A stretch of 62,127 nucleotides of DNA, filler included, from Anaerolineae bacterium (lineage in GTDB: Bacteria > Chloroflexota > Anaerolineae > Epilineales > Epilineaceae): the NCBI GenBank assembly GCA_029262755.1. It is 5 parts of 5 records of this genome, joined end to end, with 100 filler letters (N's around TTAATTAATTAA, not from the genome) between each part and the next. Parts side by side here need not be neighbours in the genome. Positions count along the whole stretch, not along the records: positions 13,478 to 30,366 come from JAJCYU010000157.1; positions 30,467 to 41,137 come from JAJCYU010000159.1; 3 more parts are not named here. One strand, given 5' to 3'. Both the position numbers and the translations under genes were made by a program. Below the pieces are notes generated by a model. It had not been told where the DNA came from. It did no database searches and saw nothing but the letters and a program-made list of their open reading frames with translations. Each line of letters starts with the position of its first letter. Within the stretch, counting starts at the first letter, position 1. Below are positions 30,148-41,237 of the stretch, piece after piece.

Positions 30148-30366
30148 ATGTTGCCAAGACCCCGTTTCGAGCACGATGGGGACGCGCGCGAACCTCGCGT
30201 TGATTGCATTCGCGGCCGTCGCGCGAAGCAACGCGCGGCGACGACCCCTTCACGATTCGTGCCTCGGGTTCGCGATAGTTTCCTCGCACTCTGCGCGACG
30301 TGGCGATGTGCACGCTCGTTTCCGATCTCCTTCGTCCTCGCGACCCTGTGCGTGCTCCTTGCCGCC
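30148..30366 (+). CDS. Possible N-terminus (signal peptide) of a gene cut by the contig end
   Basis: Frame ends ...FPISFVLATLCVLLAA at the gap. Confidence 0.3.
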
Positions 30367-30466
30367 NNNNNNNNNNNNNNNNNNNNNNNNNNNNNNNNNN
30401 NNNNNNNNNNTTAATTAATTAANNNNNNNNNNNNNNNNNNNNNNNNNNNNNNNNNNNNNNNNNNNN
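30367..30466. other. Artificial contig spacer
   Basis: N44-TTAATTAATTAA-N44. Confidence 0.98.
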
Positions 30467-30840
30467 TGCTTGAGGTAAGGAATCACCTCTTGCGCGAATT
30501 GCCGGCAGTTCGGGCATTGATAGTCGCTGAACTCGACGACCGTGACGGGCGCACGGGCGTCGCCGAGTACGGGATAGCCCTGCGCGTCGAAATGCGCGCC
30601 CAGCTCCACGGAGCGGCGGAGGGCGATCGACTCGTCGCCAATGGACGCGCTCCCCGCCTTCTCGACCCTCGAGCCGGGCCCTGCGATCATCCACCATCCC
30701 CCGAGGGCCAGCCCGCCGAGGAGCAACACCGCCGCGAATGCGCCCACGAAGCCGCCGATCCCGATCTCGACGCCGGGAGAAGCCTCAGCACGGTTGGTGC
30801 GCGCTCGCTTCGCCTGCCGAGCTCGCTCGCGCTTGCTCAT
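30467..30840 (-). CDS. DsbA-family thiol-disulfide oxidoreductase, 3'-truncated
   Basis: N-terminal TM; LGDARAPVTVVEFSDYQCPNC. Confidence 0.88.
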
Positions 30841-32570
30841 CGGAGCGGGTGGGTGCGGAAGACGGCCGGCGTAAAGATCCGGCTGTTAAACAGCAAGCCG
30901 GTCGGCGTCGCGCCGGCTGTGGGAGCGGGCGTTGGGGTGCCCGGTACGGGAGTCGAGCCGCCGCCGCTGATCGACGCGAAACGCGACAACGCGGAGGTGT
31001 TGAGATTCTGGGTTTGGGTGGCGCTCACGGTGTCGAAGGTGAACCCGGACGGCAGGTCGAAGACGAAGCTGCCGTCACCGGCGTTGCTGGTCATCGCGCC
31101 CTCGAATACGGCGGCCTCGCCCGCAGGGTCGCTGAAGACCTCAATGCGGCAGCCGGCGCACCCTGCGCCGCGCAGCTGCGTGCGAGTCGCAGCAGTCAGA
31201 CGGGGGGGGTCGAGGTCGTCGTTCGGCTTGCGGCTGAAGTCGATGGGTTCGCCGTCGTTCTCGCTGATGAGGTTCTCGCTCATCCGGTTGTTCTTCGTAC
31301 TACCGCCCTGCAATAGGATGCCGCCACCGCGGCCGCAGCGGATAACGTTGCGTTGAAGCAACGAGTTGCTCGGTCCATCGTTGAGCGTGATGCCGTAGGT
31401 GCGCACCGTGCGGCAAGCATCCCCTTCCGGCGCGATGCCGATTCGATTGCGAAGGATCTGCGTTTCCGAGACACGCGAGAAGATGGCGATTCCGGCCTCG
31501 GATACGCCGCCGATCACGTTGGATTCGATCCGGGTCCGCTCCGCGCCGTTGACTACCAGCACGCCGCTCTTCATCGCCTCTCTGCCGGCGCCGGTAACGT
31601 CGAGGCCGAGCCAGTTGTTTACAACCGCGTTGTCATCCGTACCTTCGCCCTCGATCTTGACGCCGACGCCGAGTCGGCTCGCCGCGAAGATGTTGCGATC
31701 TTCCGGCGCTTCGCCGCCGACGACGTTGCTCTTCGCCTTTTCGAGAATGTAGATGCAATCCTCGGCGACATCGGACAACGTCGTACCGTCACCGGCAAGC
31801 CCGCACCAATTGCCGACGATGCGGTTGGCAAGGGATTGCTCGCTGCGGATCTTTACGCCGTTGCCGTTGGTGATGGACCGGAACGATAGACCCGGACCGA
31901 TCTGGTTGTTCGAAACCTGATTCTGGAAGAGATCACCCTGCAACAAGACCGCCGAATCTTCGAACTCGCCTGCCAAATCAAAGCCGGCGAGCATGTTGCC
32001 GTCCGATTCCATTCGGAATGCAAACTGCCGGCGGCCACCCGTGCCGTCGACGACGAAATGGTTGTCCGCGGGGCTCGACCATCCATCGATGCCGGTGCGG
32101 AAGTCCACCTGCGTACCGCCTGCGCTGAACACAAAGGGTGGGGAGTCGGCATCGAAGCGCATGACCCACTTGCCTGTCTCCAGGTCCAAGCCGGGATCTT
32201 CCGCCGAGAGCGGTTGGCGGCCCGGAGGGCAGGGCTTCGCATTCTCGACGATCGTCGCATCGAAACAGGCTGTGATAATCGCGCCGCCAGGAAGGCTCTC
32301 GGCCTTCTCGATGGCACCGCGCAGCGGGCATGCCTGGCCCGGCAAACAATGTTCGTTCGCCGACGGTGGGTCCTCGGTCGTGTTCACGTAGAACTGGGCC
32401 TGCGCGTGCGCGTGCTGGGCAGTGCCCGCCGTCACGGCAACGGCTAAGAAAATCGCGACGGCGCACGGACCATGCACCGCACGCAGTGGACCGAAGCGCC
32501 CCTCCACCGACTCGCGCGCAAACGCACGCGGGGCGGCGTGGCGTGCAGGTTGGGCTTTGGCAATGGGCAT
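30837..32570 (-). CDS. Secreted right-handed beta-helix protein (CSLREA-like N-terminus)
   Basis: VNTTED...CPLRGAIE, repeated GNWCGL/NNWLGL/RNRIGI units, PT linker and RIFTPAVFR tail. Confidence 0.8.
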   Translation of the reverse strand: MPIAKAQPARHAAPRAFARESVEGRFGPLRAVHGPCAVAIFLAVAVTAGTAQHAHAQAQFYVNTTEDPPSANEHCLPGQACPLRGAIEKAESLPGGAIITACFDATIVENAKPCPPGRQPLSAEDPGLDLETGKWVMRFDADSPPFVFSAGGTQVDFRTGIDGWSSPADNHFVVDGTGGRRQFAFRMESDGNMLAGFDLAGEFEDSAVLLQGDLFQNQVSNNQIGPGLSFRSITNGNGVKIRSEQSLANRIVGNWCGLAGDGTTLSDVAEDCIYILEKAKSNVVGGEAPEDRNIFAASRLGVGVKIEGEGTDDNAVVNNWLGLDVTGAGREAMKSGVLVVNGAERTRIESNVIGGVSEAGIAIFSRVSETQILRNRIGIAPEGDACRTVRTYGITLNDGPSNSLLQRNVIRCGRGGGILLQGGSTKNNRMSENLISENDGEPIDFSRKPNDDLDPPRLTAATRTQLRGAGCAGCRIEVFSDPAGEAAVFEGAMTSNAGDGSFVFDLPSGFTFDTVSATQTQNLNTSALSRFASISGGGSTPVPGTPTPAPTAGATPTGLLFNSRIFTPAVFRTHPLR

Positions 32571-32680
32571 GGTGATCCCCCTGTCAGGTAGCCGAGGCGC
32601 GGTCGGCGGCAGCGATTATAACGTACGCCTTTGTGCTGCGGCTCAACGAGGATGTCCGGCAGTATCGGTCCGCAGCCGGC

Positions 32681-33982
32681 TCAGCGCGGCGGCGTGGCCG
32701 TGGGACGAGGCGCATCATAGGTAACTCGGTAGACGCGTCCGCCCGCGTTGTCCGCGATCAGCAACGCGCCATCCGCGGCGGCCTCCACATCGACGGGACG
32801 GCCCCAGCGCCGCGTGTCCGGGCGCAGCCATCCGCGCACAACATCGGCGACCTCCCCAGTCGGTCGGCCCCCTTCCATGACCACGCGCATCAGCTTGTAG
32901 CCGATCGGTAGCGTGCGTTGTGTGGAGCCCGCGCTGACGACGAAGAGATCGTCGCGCATGGCTTCCGGCAGCATCTGAGCTGCGTTGAACGTCATACCGG
33001 TCGGGGCAAGATGGGCAGGAAATGCGATGGTAGGCGGAAGCGTGCGCGCGCAGTCGACGTTGCCGCCCAGCGTTGCGTCGCGCTGACGGTCGCCCACGCA
33101 GCCCGGCCAGCCAAAGTCGCCACCGGGCTGTAGCAGGTTGAGCTCATCGGGCGGTCCGTCATCGCCGCGGTCGTCACGCGCGCGGTCGCTCAGCCAGATC
33201 TCGCCCGTGCTCGGGTCGCGCGCCATCCCGGCCGGATCGCGAAATCCGCGCGCGAAGAGCGACGCTCCGCTCCCATCGAGGGCGTAGCGCAGCACGGTGC
33301 CGCTACGCTGATCGGTGGGGAAACAGGCGTTGCATTCTGTGCCCACCCCCACATAGAGCTGCTCCCGATCGTCCACGATGATCGCCCGGTCCGGGTTGCG
33401 ACCGCCGCCTGGCAGCGGAAAGACGAGGGTGGGAGGACCCGATGCAACGAGCGCTCCGGGCTGGTAGTCGAAGCGCACAACGCCATCCGTGTTGGCCACC
33501 CACAAGGCGCCGCCGCTAAACACCATACCGGTCGGATGATTCAAACCGGGTCCGATGAACCAGGTCGAGCCCGCTTCCGCGACGCCATCGCCGTTTCGAT
33601 CGGGCAGCACGACGATCGCCGCCAATTCCGGCAGGCTCGCAAACACGTCCCCGTTTGGAGCGCGTTCGAGGTTGCGCACCGGCCCCACGTTCTCGGCGAA
33701 AACGCCCACGTGGAATCCAGGCGCTACGTCCAATGGCTCCGGCGGGTCCATCATGACGGTCGGTGCAACCGTAGGTGTCGCCGAGGGCCCCGGGGTCGGC
33801 GTCGGCGTGAAGACGACGCCTCCGATTCCGGAAACGGGCGTGTGCTCGATTCGATCCGGGGACACCGGCGCAATGACAAGCGGCTGCTCGCACGCGCTTG
33901 CACCCAGGGCCATAGCGCCGCCAAGCAGCGTGGCGACAAGCAGCTGAGGCGGGTTGCGGCGGGGTCGGATCACGCCGGACAT
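32681..33982 (-). CDS. PQQ-dependent sugar/sorbosone dehydrogenase family lipoprotein
   Basis: Lipobox ASAC; FARGFRDPAG, PPDELN, DFGWP, GRPVDV and DGALLIAD motifs. Confidence 0.87.
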   Translation of the reverse strand: MSGVIRPRRNPPQLLVATLLGGAMALGASACEQPLVIAPVSPDRIEHTPVSGIGGVVFTPTPTPGPSATPTVAPTVMMDPPEPLDVAPGFHVGVFAENVGPVRNLERAPNGDVFASLPELAAIVVLPDRNGDGVAEAGSTWFIGPGLNHPTGMVFSGGALWVANTDGVVRFDYQPGALVASGPPTLVFPLPGGGRNPDRAIIVDDREQLYVGVGTECNACFPTDQRSGTVLRYALDGSGASLFARGFRDPAGMARDPSTGEIWLSDRARDDRGDDGPPDELNLLQPGGDFGWPGCVGDRQRDATLGGNVDCARTLPPTIAFPAHLAPTGMTFNAAQMLPEAMRDDLFVVSAGSTQRTLPIGYKLMRVVMEGGRPTGEVADVVRGWLRPDTRRWGRPVDVEAAADGALLIADNAGGRVYRVTYDAPRPTATPPR

Positions 33983-34065
33983 TGTACCGCATACATGGCC
34001 GGACACCGGTTGGAGGCCGCTTCCGAGGGGCGCTATCCTGCCGTCGCCAATCTTGAGGAGGCCTC

Positions 34066-35373
34066 ATGCGCCTGTACAACACGGCCGGCGGACAGGTGGA
34101 ACGCTTTCGGCCGCGGCCCGGGAAACCGGTTTCGATCTATGTGTGCGGCATCACGCCGTACGACACAACCCACCTTGGTCACGCGTTCACCTATCACACC
34201 TTTGATGTGCTTGCTCGCCATATGCGCACCGTCCATCGTTGGCGAGTCCGCATGTGTCAAAACGTCACCGACATCGACGACGATATCCTGCGCAAATCGG
34301 CGGAAGATGCGGCGGGACCCGACTGGCGGGCACTCGGCGATGCCTGGACGTCGCGCTTTCGGACCGACCTCGGCCGCCTTGGCTTGCATCCGCCCGATTT
34401 CTTTCCAGGCGCGACGGCGCACATCAGCCCGATTCTCGACGCCGTGCAGGGGCTCCTCGACCGGGGGCTCGCTTACGAGCGCAACGGCTCGGTGTACTTT
34501 CGCGTGGCCGCGGACCCGGAGTTCGCCGCGATGCTCGGATGGTCCTACGACCGGTTGTTGGCCGTCGCGAACGAACGCGGGAATCATCCGGACGACCCCG
34601 CCAAAGACGACCCTCTCGACTTCGTGTTGTGGCAACGTGGAACCCCTGGTGAGCCGGCATGGATCAGCCCTTGGGGCGAAGGCCGTCCCGGCTGGCACAT
34701 CGAGTGCTCCACGTTGGCTTCCGTCCTTTTGGGTAGTCCAGTTGATATTCACGGTGGAGGTGCCGATCTCCTCTTCCCCCATCACGCGTGCGAGATCGCG
34801 CAAGCAGAACCCTTGTCCGGAGCGAAGCCATGGGTGCGGGTATGGATGCACGTGGCCATGGTCGGACACGAGGGCGAGAAGATGTCCAAGAGTCTCGGGA
34901 ACCTGATTCTGGTCCGCGATCTGCTCGCCCGGCACGAGCCCGATACCGTGCGCCTATACCTGCTCGGGCATCACTACCGAACGTCCTGGTCGTGGGACGA
35001 ATCGGCGTTCGAAGACACCGTCGCGCTCACGCGCGTGCTACACGCGGCGCTACGACGTACGTCCGAGTCGCGGCGTGAGCTGCCGTACGGCAGCTACGGG
35101 CCGCGGTTCACCGAACGTCTCGACGACGACCTCGACACGCCGGGTGCGCGCTCGGTGTTGCTCGAGATCGCGGACGACATTCTCGAGGCCCCGGCCGGCA
35201 GCGATGTGCGAGGCGCCCAGGACGTGCTTCGGGCGCTCGGTCGGGACGTCTTAGGGCTGTGGCTGCGGCCATGGGCCGAGTTGGAAGCGGAGGGCCGCGA
35301 TGGCCTGCCGTGGCCGGCGCCGAGTCAAGGGGCGCCGGATACAGTTGTAGCGGGAGCCGTCGGGAGCGGTTAG
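34066..35373 (+). CDS. MshC-like / cysteinyl-tRNA synthetase-like class I ligase
   Basis: YVCGITPYDTTHLGHA, GRPGWHIECS, FPHH, KMSKSLGN and DDLDTP motifs; short C-terminus. Confidence 0.85.
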   Translation: MRLYNTAGGQVERFRPRPGKPVSIYVCGITPYDTTHLGHAFTYHTFDVLARHMRTVHRWRVRMCQNVTDIDDDILRKSAEDAAGPDWRALGDAWTSRFRTDLGRLGLHPPDFFPGATAHISPILDAVQGLLDRGLAYERNGSVYFRVAADPEFAAMLGWSYDRLLAVANERGNHPDDPAKDDPLDFVLWQRGTPGEPAWISPWGEGRPGWHIECSTLASVLLGSPVDIHGGGADLLFPHHACEIAQAEPLSGAKPWVRVWMHVAMVGHEGEKMSKSLGNLILVRDLLARHEPDTVRLYLLGHHYRTSWSWDESAFEDTVALTRVLHAALRRTSESRRELPYGSYGPRFTERLDDDLDTPGARSVLLEIADDILEAPAGSDVRGAQDVLRALGRDVLGLWLRPWAELEAEGRDGLPWPAPSQGAPDTVVAGAVGSG

Positions 35374-35533
35374 CGCCAGACCAGACCAGACCCGCCCCAC
35401 GCCGGGAGACCGCGCCTCGATCCAAGACTATCGGGCGCCGCGTGCCCTGTCGATCGTGGCATTCGGACGATGAGGATCTCTTGGTCCAGCCCCTCCGCTT
35501 GGGACGGCGCGGGCGGCCTCCATAGACGCAACA

Positions 35534-35567
35534 CGACGACGGGACGCGAGAATGCGTCCCGTTGTTG
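35534..35567. terminator. Hairpin between convergent genes
   Basis: CGACGACGGGACGC-GAGAAT-GCGTCCCGTTGTTG. Confidence 0.55.
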
Positions 35568-35624
35568 CGCTTCAGGAATGGAATAGCCGGGGCCACGTTG
35601 AACGGAGCGCGTGCGCCTATCCGA

Positions 35625-36164
35625 TCAGCCTCGCAGCTCCCGAAGATGCTTGATGAGGTTTTGGCTTGCGATCTTCAGACCGGATACCTCGGCAAGCTTG
35701 TCCAAAATCTCCAGCTTGCGATCCAGGAACTCTTGGCGGCTCTCGTCGTCGTAAGGCCCGACGATATCCATGTTAATCCGCCACTGTGGATCGACATCGG
35801 CGAGGGTGCTCTCACCGTACAGTGGAATCCGACCCGGATCGGCCGACTCCAATTCACAAAGGTGAAGGGCAGCGGCGTAGAAGACCTGCTCAAGGTCCAC
35901 CGGTTCCGATGGGGGCGGCCCAACGCTGACGATTCGACGCGCGCCCTGCACATCCACCGGCTGCAGCTGGGCTGCCTGCGGCCCTTTAGCGGAGGTCTCC
36001 ACGACGAACGTTAGGTGCTGACCCTCAAAGAGCGTCTCCAGGCCTGCGCGCTTCACGTCGGTCATGTGGATGAAGACGTCGTCTCCAGCCTCGCGCTCGA
36101 CGAAACCGTAGCCACGTTCGGTGTCAAACCACTTGACCGTGCCCTTCTCTCGATCATCGGCCAT
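35625..36164 (-). CDS. Cold-shock domain protein with a C-terminal extension
   Basis: GTVKWFDTERGYGFV...DVFIH...KGPQA, followed by about 110 extra residues. Confidence 0.88.
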   Translation of the reverse strand: MADDREKGTVKWFDTERGYGFVEREAGDDVFIHMTDVKRAGLETLFEGQHLTFVVETSAKGPQAAQLQPVDVQGARRIVSVGPPPSEPVDLEQVFYAAALHLCELESADPGRIPLYGESTLADVDPQWRINMDIVGPYDDESRQEFLDRKLEILDKLAEVSGLKIASQNLIKHLRELRG

Positions 36165-36362
36165 GCGTACTCCCTCTCCCGCAAGGTGCGGTTGGCGTGA
36201 GCCTCGGATCACCGCGCCACCCGGCGGGTGATGCAACGTGTCTGCCGAAGCATGAAGCGTGAGGGTAGCCGTCGCTCAACGGCCGAGCAAGCTACATGTC
36301 GCATGCGGGCGCACAGCTCCCTCGAGGCCTACGAACGATCCCGGATCCGCGAGCCGGAACCG

Positions 36363-38462
36363 CTAGGAACCGGTGTTGTCTTCCGGATCAAGCCACGTCG
36401 CAGGGAGCGATTCTTCGGGCCACGGCGAGCCGAGCGCATCGGCGAGCGCGGCGGCACTCGAAACCGGTGCATGGCAGCGATGGTTGTGACAAACCCATGC
36501 TTCCGCGCCGCTCTCCGGGTCCCGATGGGCAGCGAGCAGCGGAACTTCGGATGCCGCACCTTCCGCGGCGTGCCAGGCAACCACGGTCCCGGGCCTATGG
36601 CGTGCGCGCACCACCTGTAGCATCGGCGCGGCATCGTCGGCGGACCCGAGCACCGCGATCTCGCGCGACTCCGCAAGCTCGTCGTCGAGCGCCGCCAGCA
36701 TCGTACCGGCCGCCAACGGTGCGCGCTCGAGTATCGGCCGGGCGACGCTGAGCACGACCGCCGCTCGGCGCCGGTAGTCCGGCTCGCCGAGCAAGGACGC
36801 AGCGCGAAGCAGCGCGCGCGCCATCAACGCATTGCCTGCGGGAACCGCGCCGTCCGTGAGCTCCTTCTGCTTGGCAAACAAGGTGTCGTGCCGGGGCCCG
36901 GAGCGATAGAATCCACCGTCCGGCGCCGCGAACAGCAGCTCTGTTTCGTCCAGCAGCTGCCGCGCTTCTTCCAGCCAAGACGGGTCAAACGTGGCCTCAT
37001 AGAGTTCCAGACACGCCCAGGCCATGCCGGCCATGTCCTCCAAGAACGCCGGTGCGCCCGAGCGACCGGCTAGCCGGCTGTGTGCGAGCCCGCCGTCGTC
37101 ATTGAGGACCGTGCCCAACACGTATCGAGCGGCCTGATCCGCGACGGTGAGGTAGTCCCCTCGTCCCAGGACCGCCCCGGCGCGCGCAAACGCAGCGATG
37201 GCAAGCGCGTTCCAGGACGTGATCACCTTCTCGTCCGTTTCCGGTGCCGGACGGGTTGCGCGCCTCGCTGACAGCGCGGCGCGCCCGTCTTGAACCCGCT
37301 CTACGAAGGACTTGGTGTCCACGCCTAACGAACGCGCCAGCGCCTCCGCCTCGTTGCGCGCAGTAAGCACGGTTGCGCCACCTTCGAAGTTGCCGCCCTC
37401 TTCGATGCCATACCAGGCCAAGACCGCATCCGCCGTTTGCGAGTCCATCAGGGCCCGTACCTGCTCGGGTGTCCACACGTAGAAGCTGCCCTCACCGCCC
37501 TCACTGTCCGCGTCCTGCGAGGCGTAGAAACCGCCCTCCGCGCCGAGCATTTCCGCGACCATCCAATCGAGGGTTTCGACCGCGACATCGCGCAACATGG
37601 ATAGGCCCGTCGCTCGCCATGCGTCCAGATAGATGTCCGCCAACTGCGCGTTGTCGTAGAGCATTTTCTCGAAGTGCGGCACCGTCCACGTCGCGTCGAC
37701 GCAGTAGCGGTGAAATCCACCCGCAAGATGATCGCGCAATCCGCCGCGTGCCATAGCGCCTAGGGATGCCGTGACGGCGCGCATGGCACCTGCGTCCTGT
37801 CGGCGCAACGCGTGATCCAGCAGATAGCGCAGCATGGGCGCGCCCGGGAACTTTGGTGCTCCGCCAAACCCGCCGTGCCGGGGATCGACGGTGGAGACCG
37901 CCTGCCGCGCGGCCATGGTCGAGATCTCGAAGGTCAACGCCCCCTCGGACGTGGCCGGTGCGGCCGCGACGCGAATGGCATCAGCCAAGCGATCCGCGCT
38001 CGTATCGATCTCGTCGCGCCGTTCCCGCCACGCAGAGAGCAGCGCCTTCATCAGGTCATCAAAGCCCGGCATACCGTGCCGCGCCGTAGGAGGAAAGTAG
38101 GTGCCACCGTAAAACGGCGCTCCTTCCGGCGTGAGAAACACCGTCATCGGCCATCCCCCGTGGCCCGTCATCGCCTGCACGGCCTCCATATAGAGCGCGT
38201 CGACGTCGGGCCGTTCCTCGCGATCGACCTTGACGTTGATGAACTCCGCGTTCATGCGTGCAGCAATGGCGGGATCGTCAAACGACTCGTGGGCCATGAC
38301 GTGGCACCAATGACAAGCCGAATAGCCGACCGAAAGCAGCACGGGCTTGTCTTCGGCACGCGCCCTGGCAAACGCCTCTTCCCCCCACGGATACCAATCG
38401 ACCGGTTGATCGGCATGCTGGAGCAAGTAGGGCGAGGTCTCAGCAGCGAGGCGGTTGGCCAT
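36363..38462 (-). CDS. YyaL/SPATA20-like thioredoxin-domain protein (DUF255)
   Basis: [22 protein letters not shown] and [13 protein letters not shown] motifs. Confidence 0.93.
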   Translation of the reverse strand: MANRLAAETSPYLLQHADQPVDWYPWGEEAFARARAEDKPVLLSVGYSACHWCHVMAHESFDDPAIAARMNAEFINVKVDREERPDVDALYMEAVQAMTGHGGWPMTVFLTPEGAPFYGGTYFPPTARHGMPGFDDLMKALLSAWRERRDEIDTSADRLADAIRVAAAPATSEGALTFEISTMAARQAVSTVDPRHGGFGGAPKFPGAPMLRYLLDHALRRQDAGAMRAVTASLGAMARGGLRDHLAGGFHRYCVDATWTVPHFEKMLYDNAQLADIYLDAWRATGLSMLRDVAVETLDWMVAEMLGAEGGFYASQDADSEGGEGSFYVWTPEQVRALMDSQTADAVLAWYGIEEGGNFEGGATVLTARNEAEALARSLGVDTKSFVERVQDGRAALSARRATRPAPETDEKVITSWNALAIAAFARAGAVLGRGDYLTVADQAARYVLGTVLNDDGGLAHSRLAGRSGAPAFLEDMAGMAWACLELYEATFDPSWLEEARQLLDETELLFAAPDGGFYRSGPRHDTLFAKQKELTDGAVPAGNALMARALLRAASLLGEPDYRRRAAVVLSVARPILERAPLAAGTMLAALDDELAESREIAVLGSADDAAPMLQVVRARHRPGTVVAWHAAEGAASEVPLLAAHRDPESGAEAWVCHNHRCHAPVSSAAALADALGSPWPEESLPATWLDPEDNTGS

Positions 38463-38861
38463 GATGCGTTCTCCATGCGGGCGCGGTCGAAGCGTTCTGA
38501 ACTCGACGGCCGAGTCGATCCTACGTTATGTCAATGTCGCGAATGTGACCTTGGTGCGAGTGCGTGGGACACGAGGTGCAGACCGAAGTCAATCCTATAG
38601 CCCAATCGCTACACGAAGCGATCGTGGCGTGTGCCGTTTACGCCATGGGCAACATGCCTGCGAGACCCTCGCCCCCCAAAATGCACACGCGGGCGGGCGA
38701 AATCTTGGCGGGGTTGGACCGCGTTCGAAGGCGAGCTCCGACGGTTTCGGACTGAGGGGCGCACAATGATACGCAAGCGCGAATCGCTTCGGTCAGGCCC
38801 GTGAGGTTGATTTCGGATACCGAAGTCTTGCGATCGAGCAGCGCGTTGAGAGCCAGCCAGC

Positions 38862-41137
38862 CTACTCGCCTTGTTCCGCCGCTCCGTCGCCAAGCAAGCG
38901 CGCGACGCGCTCTGCTCGGCCGTGGGCGCCACTGTCGCGGAACTCGTTCAGCGCGCTGCGGAGCAGATCATCGGCCTCGTCTCTGCGCCCCTCGTCCAGC
39001 AGCGCTTGACCAAACGCCGCGTGCGTCTTGGCCAACTCGTGGCGATCGGAGAGCATCTCGAAAACCGCTTGGCTTGTGCGGAAGTGCTCCTCCGCCGCCG
39101 CCCGCTCGTCGGGAGTCTCGCCCGCCGCTTGGGACTTGGCGAGGCCGAGCACGCGATGCGCGACACCGATAAAGGCGGGCACGCCCAAGGCCTCGGCCGC
39201 TTCGAGCGAAGCCGACGCCGCCGCGATACCGTCGTCGATTGCGCCGAGCGCAAGAGACCGCTGGGCGGCGACACGGCGAATCTCAGGCACGAGCCACGTA
39301 GCGCCCACCTCGCCGGCCGCCTTCTCTGCTTCGGCTAGATGCTCGGCGGCAGGCCCGAGGCGGCCGAGGTGCGTTTCGATCAGGGACAGGTTCGTCAGCG
39401 CGATCGCGCTGCCGTAGCTATCCCCGATGTCACGCTTGATGCGTAGGGAACGTGCGTAGTGGCGCAGCGCTTCCACATCGTCACCACAGTGATAGTGCAC
39501 GACACCCAAATTGTTGTACAAGGTCGCCTCACCCAACTTATCCCCAAGTTGTTGCTTGAGCTCGAGGCTGCGTGTGAGATGCCGCTCGGCAGTGGCATAG
39601 TCGCCGGCATGCAGACGTGCCATACCCAGGGTATTGCGCACCCAGGCTTCCGCGCGATCGCGTTCTTCTTGGGGAAGATCGCTTAGCTCCAAGAGCATCA
39701 ATGCGTCCCGGCAAAGGGCCGTCGCCGGCTCGATCCGACCGATGCGAATGTACACCGTCGCCGTTCCGTCCGCGACGCGAATGGCCGTCAGCGTCCGCAA
39801 TCCAGTCTTGCCGCGCAGAATACCGCGTGCCTCTTCATAGGCGCCCAGCGCTTCTTCATAGCGCCCCTGGCGATCATGGGCGCGGCCGATTCGGCGCAAC
39901 ACCTCGGCCCGAGCCTCGGCATCCGGCGCGACCTCGAGTGCATCCCGATAGGCCGTGACGGCCGCTTCCGGTGCACCGAGGGCAACATGCGCATCACCGA
40001 TGCCGCACAGCGCGGGGAATTCTTCCGCGCCGTCTACCGACAACTCACGTGCTGCATGGAAGTGCGCCAACGCATCTTCCGCCGCGTGAACGGCGAGCGC
40101 GGCGAGTCCGGCACGCACGGACCAGGTACATGCGCGGTCGCGCACGCCCCCCCGCGTGTAGTGGTAGGCCACCCGATCGGGGGATTCCGGCTGCGTGGTC
40201 TCCAACAGCCCGGCCATCTGTCGGTGTAGGTATTGCCTCCGCGCGCCGGAAAGCGCGCCGTAGACACGGTCCCGGACCAACGCATGATTGAAGTCGTAGC
40301 GCGCAGAAGTAACCGCGGCTTGGGATTCGCGCAGGACGCCCATTCCGAGCAGCGAATCAAGCGCGTCGAGCGCCGCTGCGGCGGGCAACGCGGATGCGCG
40401 CTGTGCGAGTTCGAACTCAAAGTCGCGACGCAAGACGGCCGCGGCATCGAGGACGGCGCGCGCGTCATCATCCAGGCGAGCCAGACGCGCGTCGACGATC
40501 AGGCCTACGCTCTCCGGCACCGGCAGATCATCGTACGCAGCCGCCGCCGCATCGGAGGTGGTGGTCCATTGACCATCTTCATCCGCCTGCAAGGAACCCT
40601 GTTCGAACAGGACGCGCAGCGTCTCCACCAAGAAGAAGGGGTTGCCTCCCGTTCGCGCATGGAGCCGCTTGCCGAGGCGCTCCGGCGGCGTGCTTGCACC
40701 GGCCAGCTGTCCGATCAGCGCCGCGGTGGCTTGGACATCCAGCGGTGCGATCGGGATCGCCGTCCCGTCGGCCTGCAGCAAGCGCAACTGTGCTCGCCGG
40801 GACGGGCTGATGTCTTCGTCGCGACAGGTCGCGACCAGCAGCATTCGTTGATCGTCCATGCTGCGCGCGACGTAGGCCAAGAGAGCCAAGGACGTTTCGT
40901 CCGCCCATTGCACGTCCTCGACCACCCACAAGACGGGCGCCTGCGCCGAGATCGCACCGAGCACGGCGCGAACGGCCTCGAAGAGGCGATCGCGGTCACG
41001 CACACCGCTCGCGGGACGGACCGGCCGGCGGCGCATCTGAAACCGTCGGTCGTCGCCGTGGCTTCGTTGGACCCCGACACCGAGATCGCCGATGCGCAGA
41101 TCCGTTGGTTTCGGCAGGCCGTCGAAGACGACGAGGC
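38862..41137 (-). CDS. AAA ATPase + TPR protein (STAND/SARP-like regulator), 5'-truncated
   Basis: VVEDVQWAD, TGGNPFF, YDFNHALVRD and multiple TPRs; frame stays open to the contig end. Confidence 0.85.
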
Positions 41138-41237
41138 NNNNNNNNNNNNNNNNNNNNNNNNNNNNNNNNNNNNNNNNNNNNTTAATTAATTAANNNNNNN
41201 NNNNNNNNNNNNNNNNNNNNNNNNNNNNNNNNNNNNN
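41138..41237. other. Artificial contig spacer
   Basis: N44-TTAATTAATTAA-N44. Confidence 0.98.

Noticed and set aside
38862..41137. STAND/TPR protein as an Avs-type defence system
   Set aside because: Motifs fit the common AAA+TPR regulators; the N-terminus is missing and there is no defence context.
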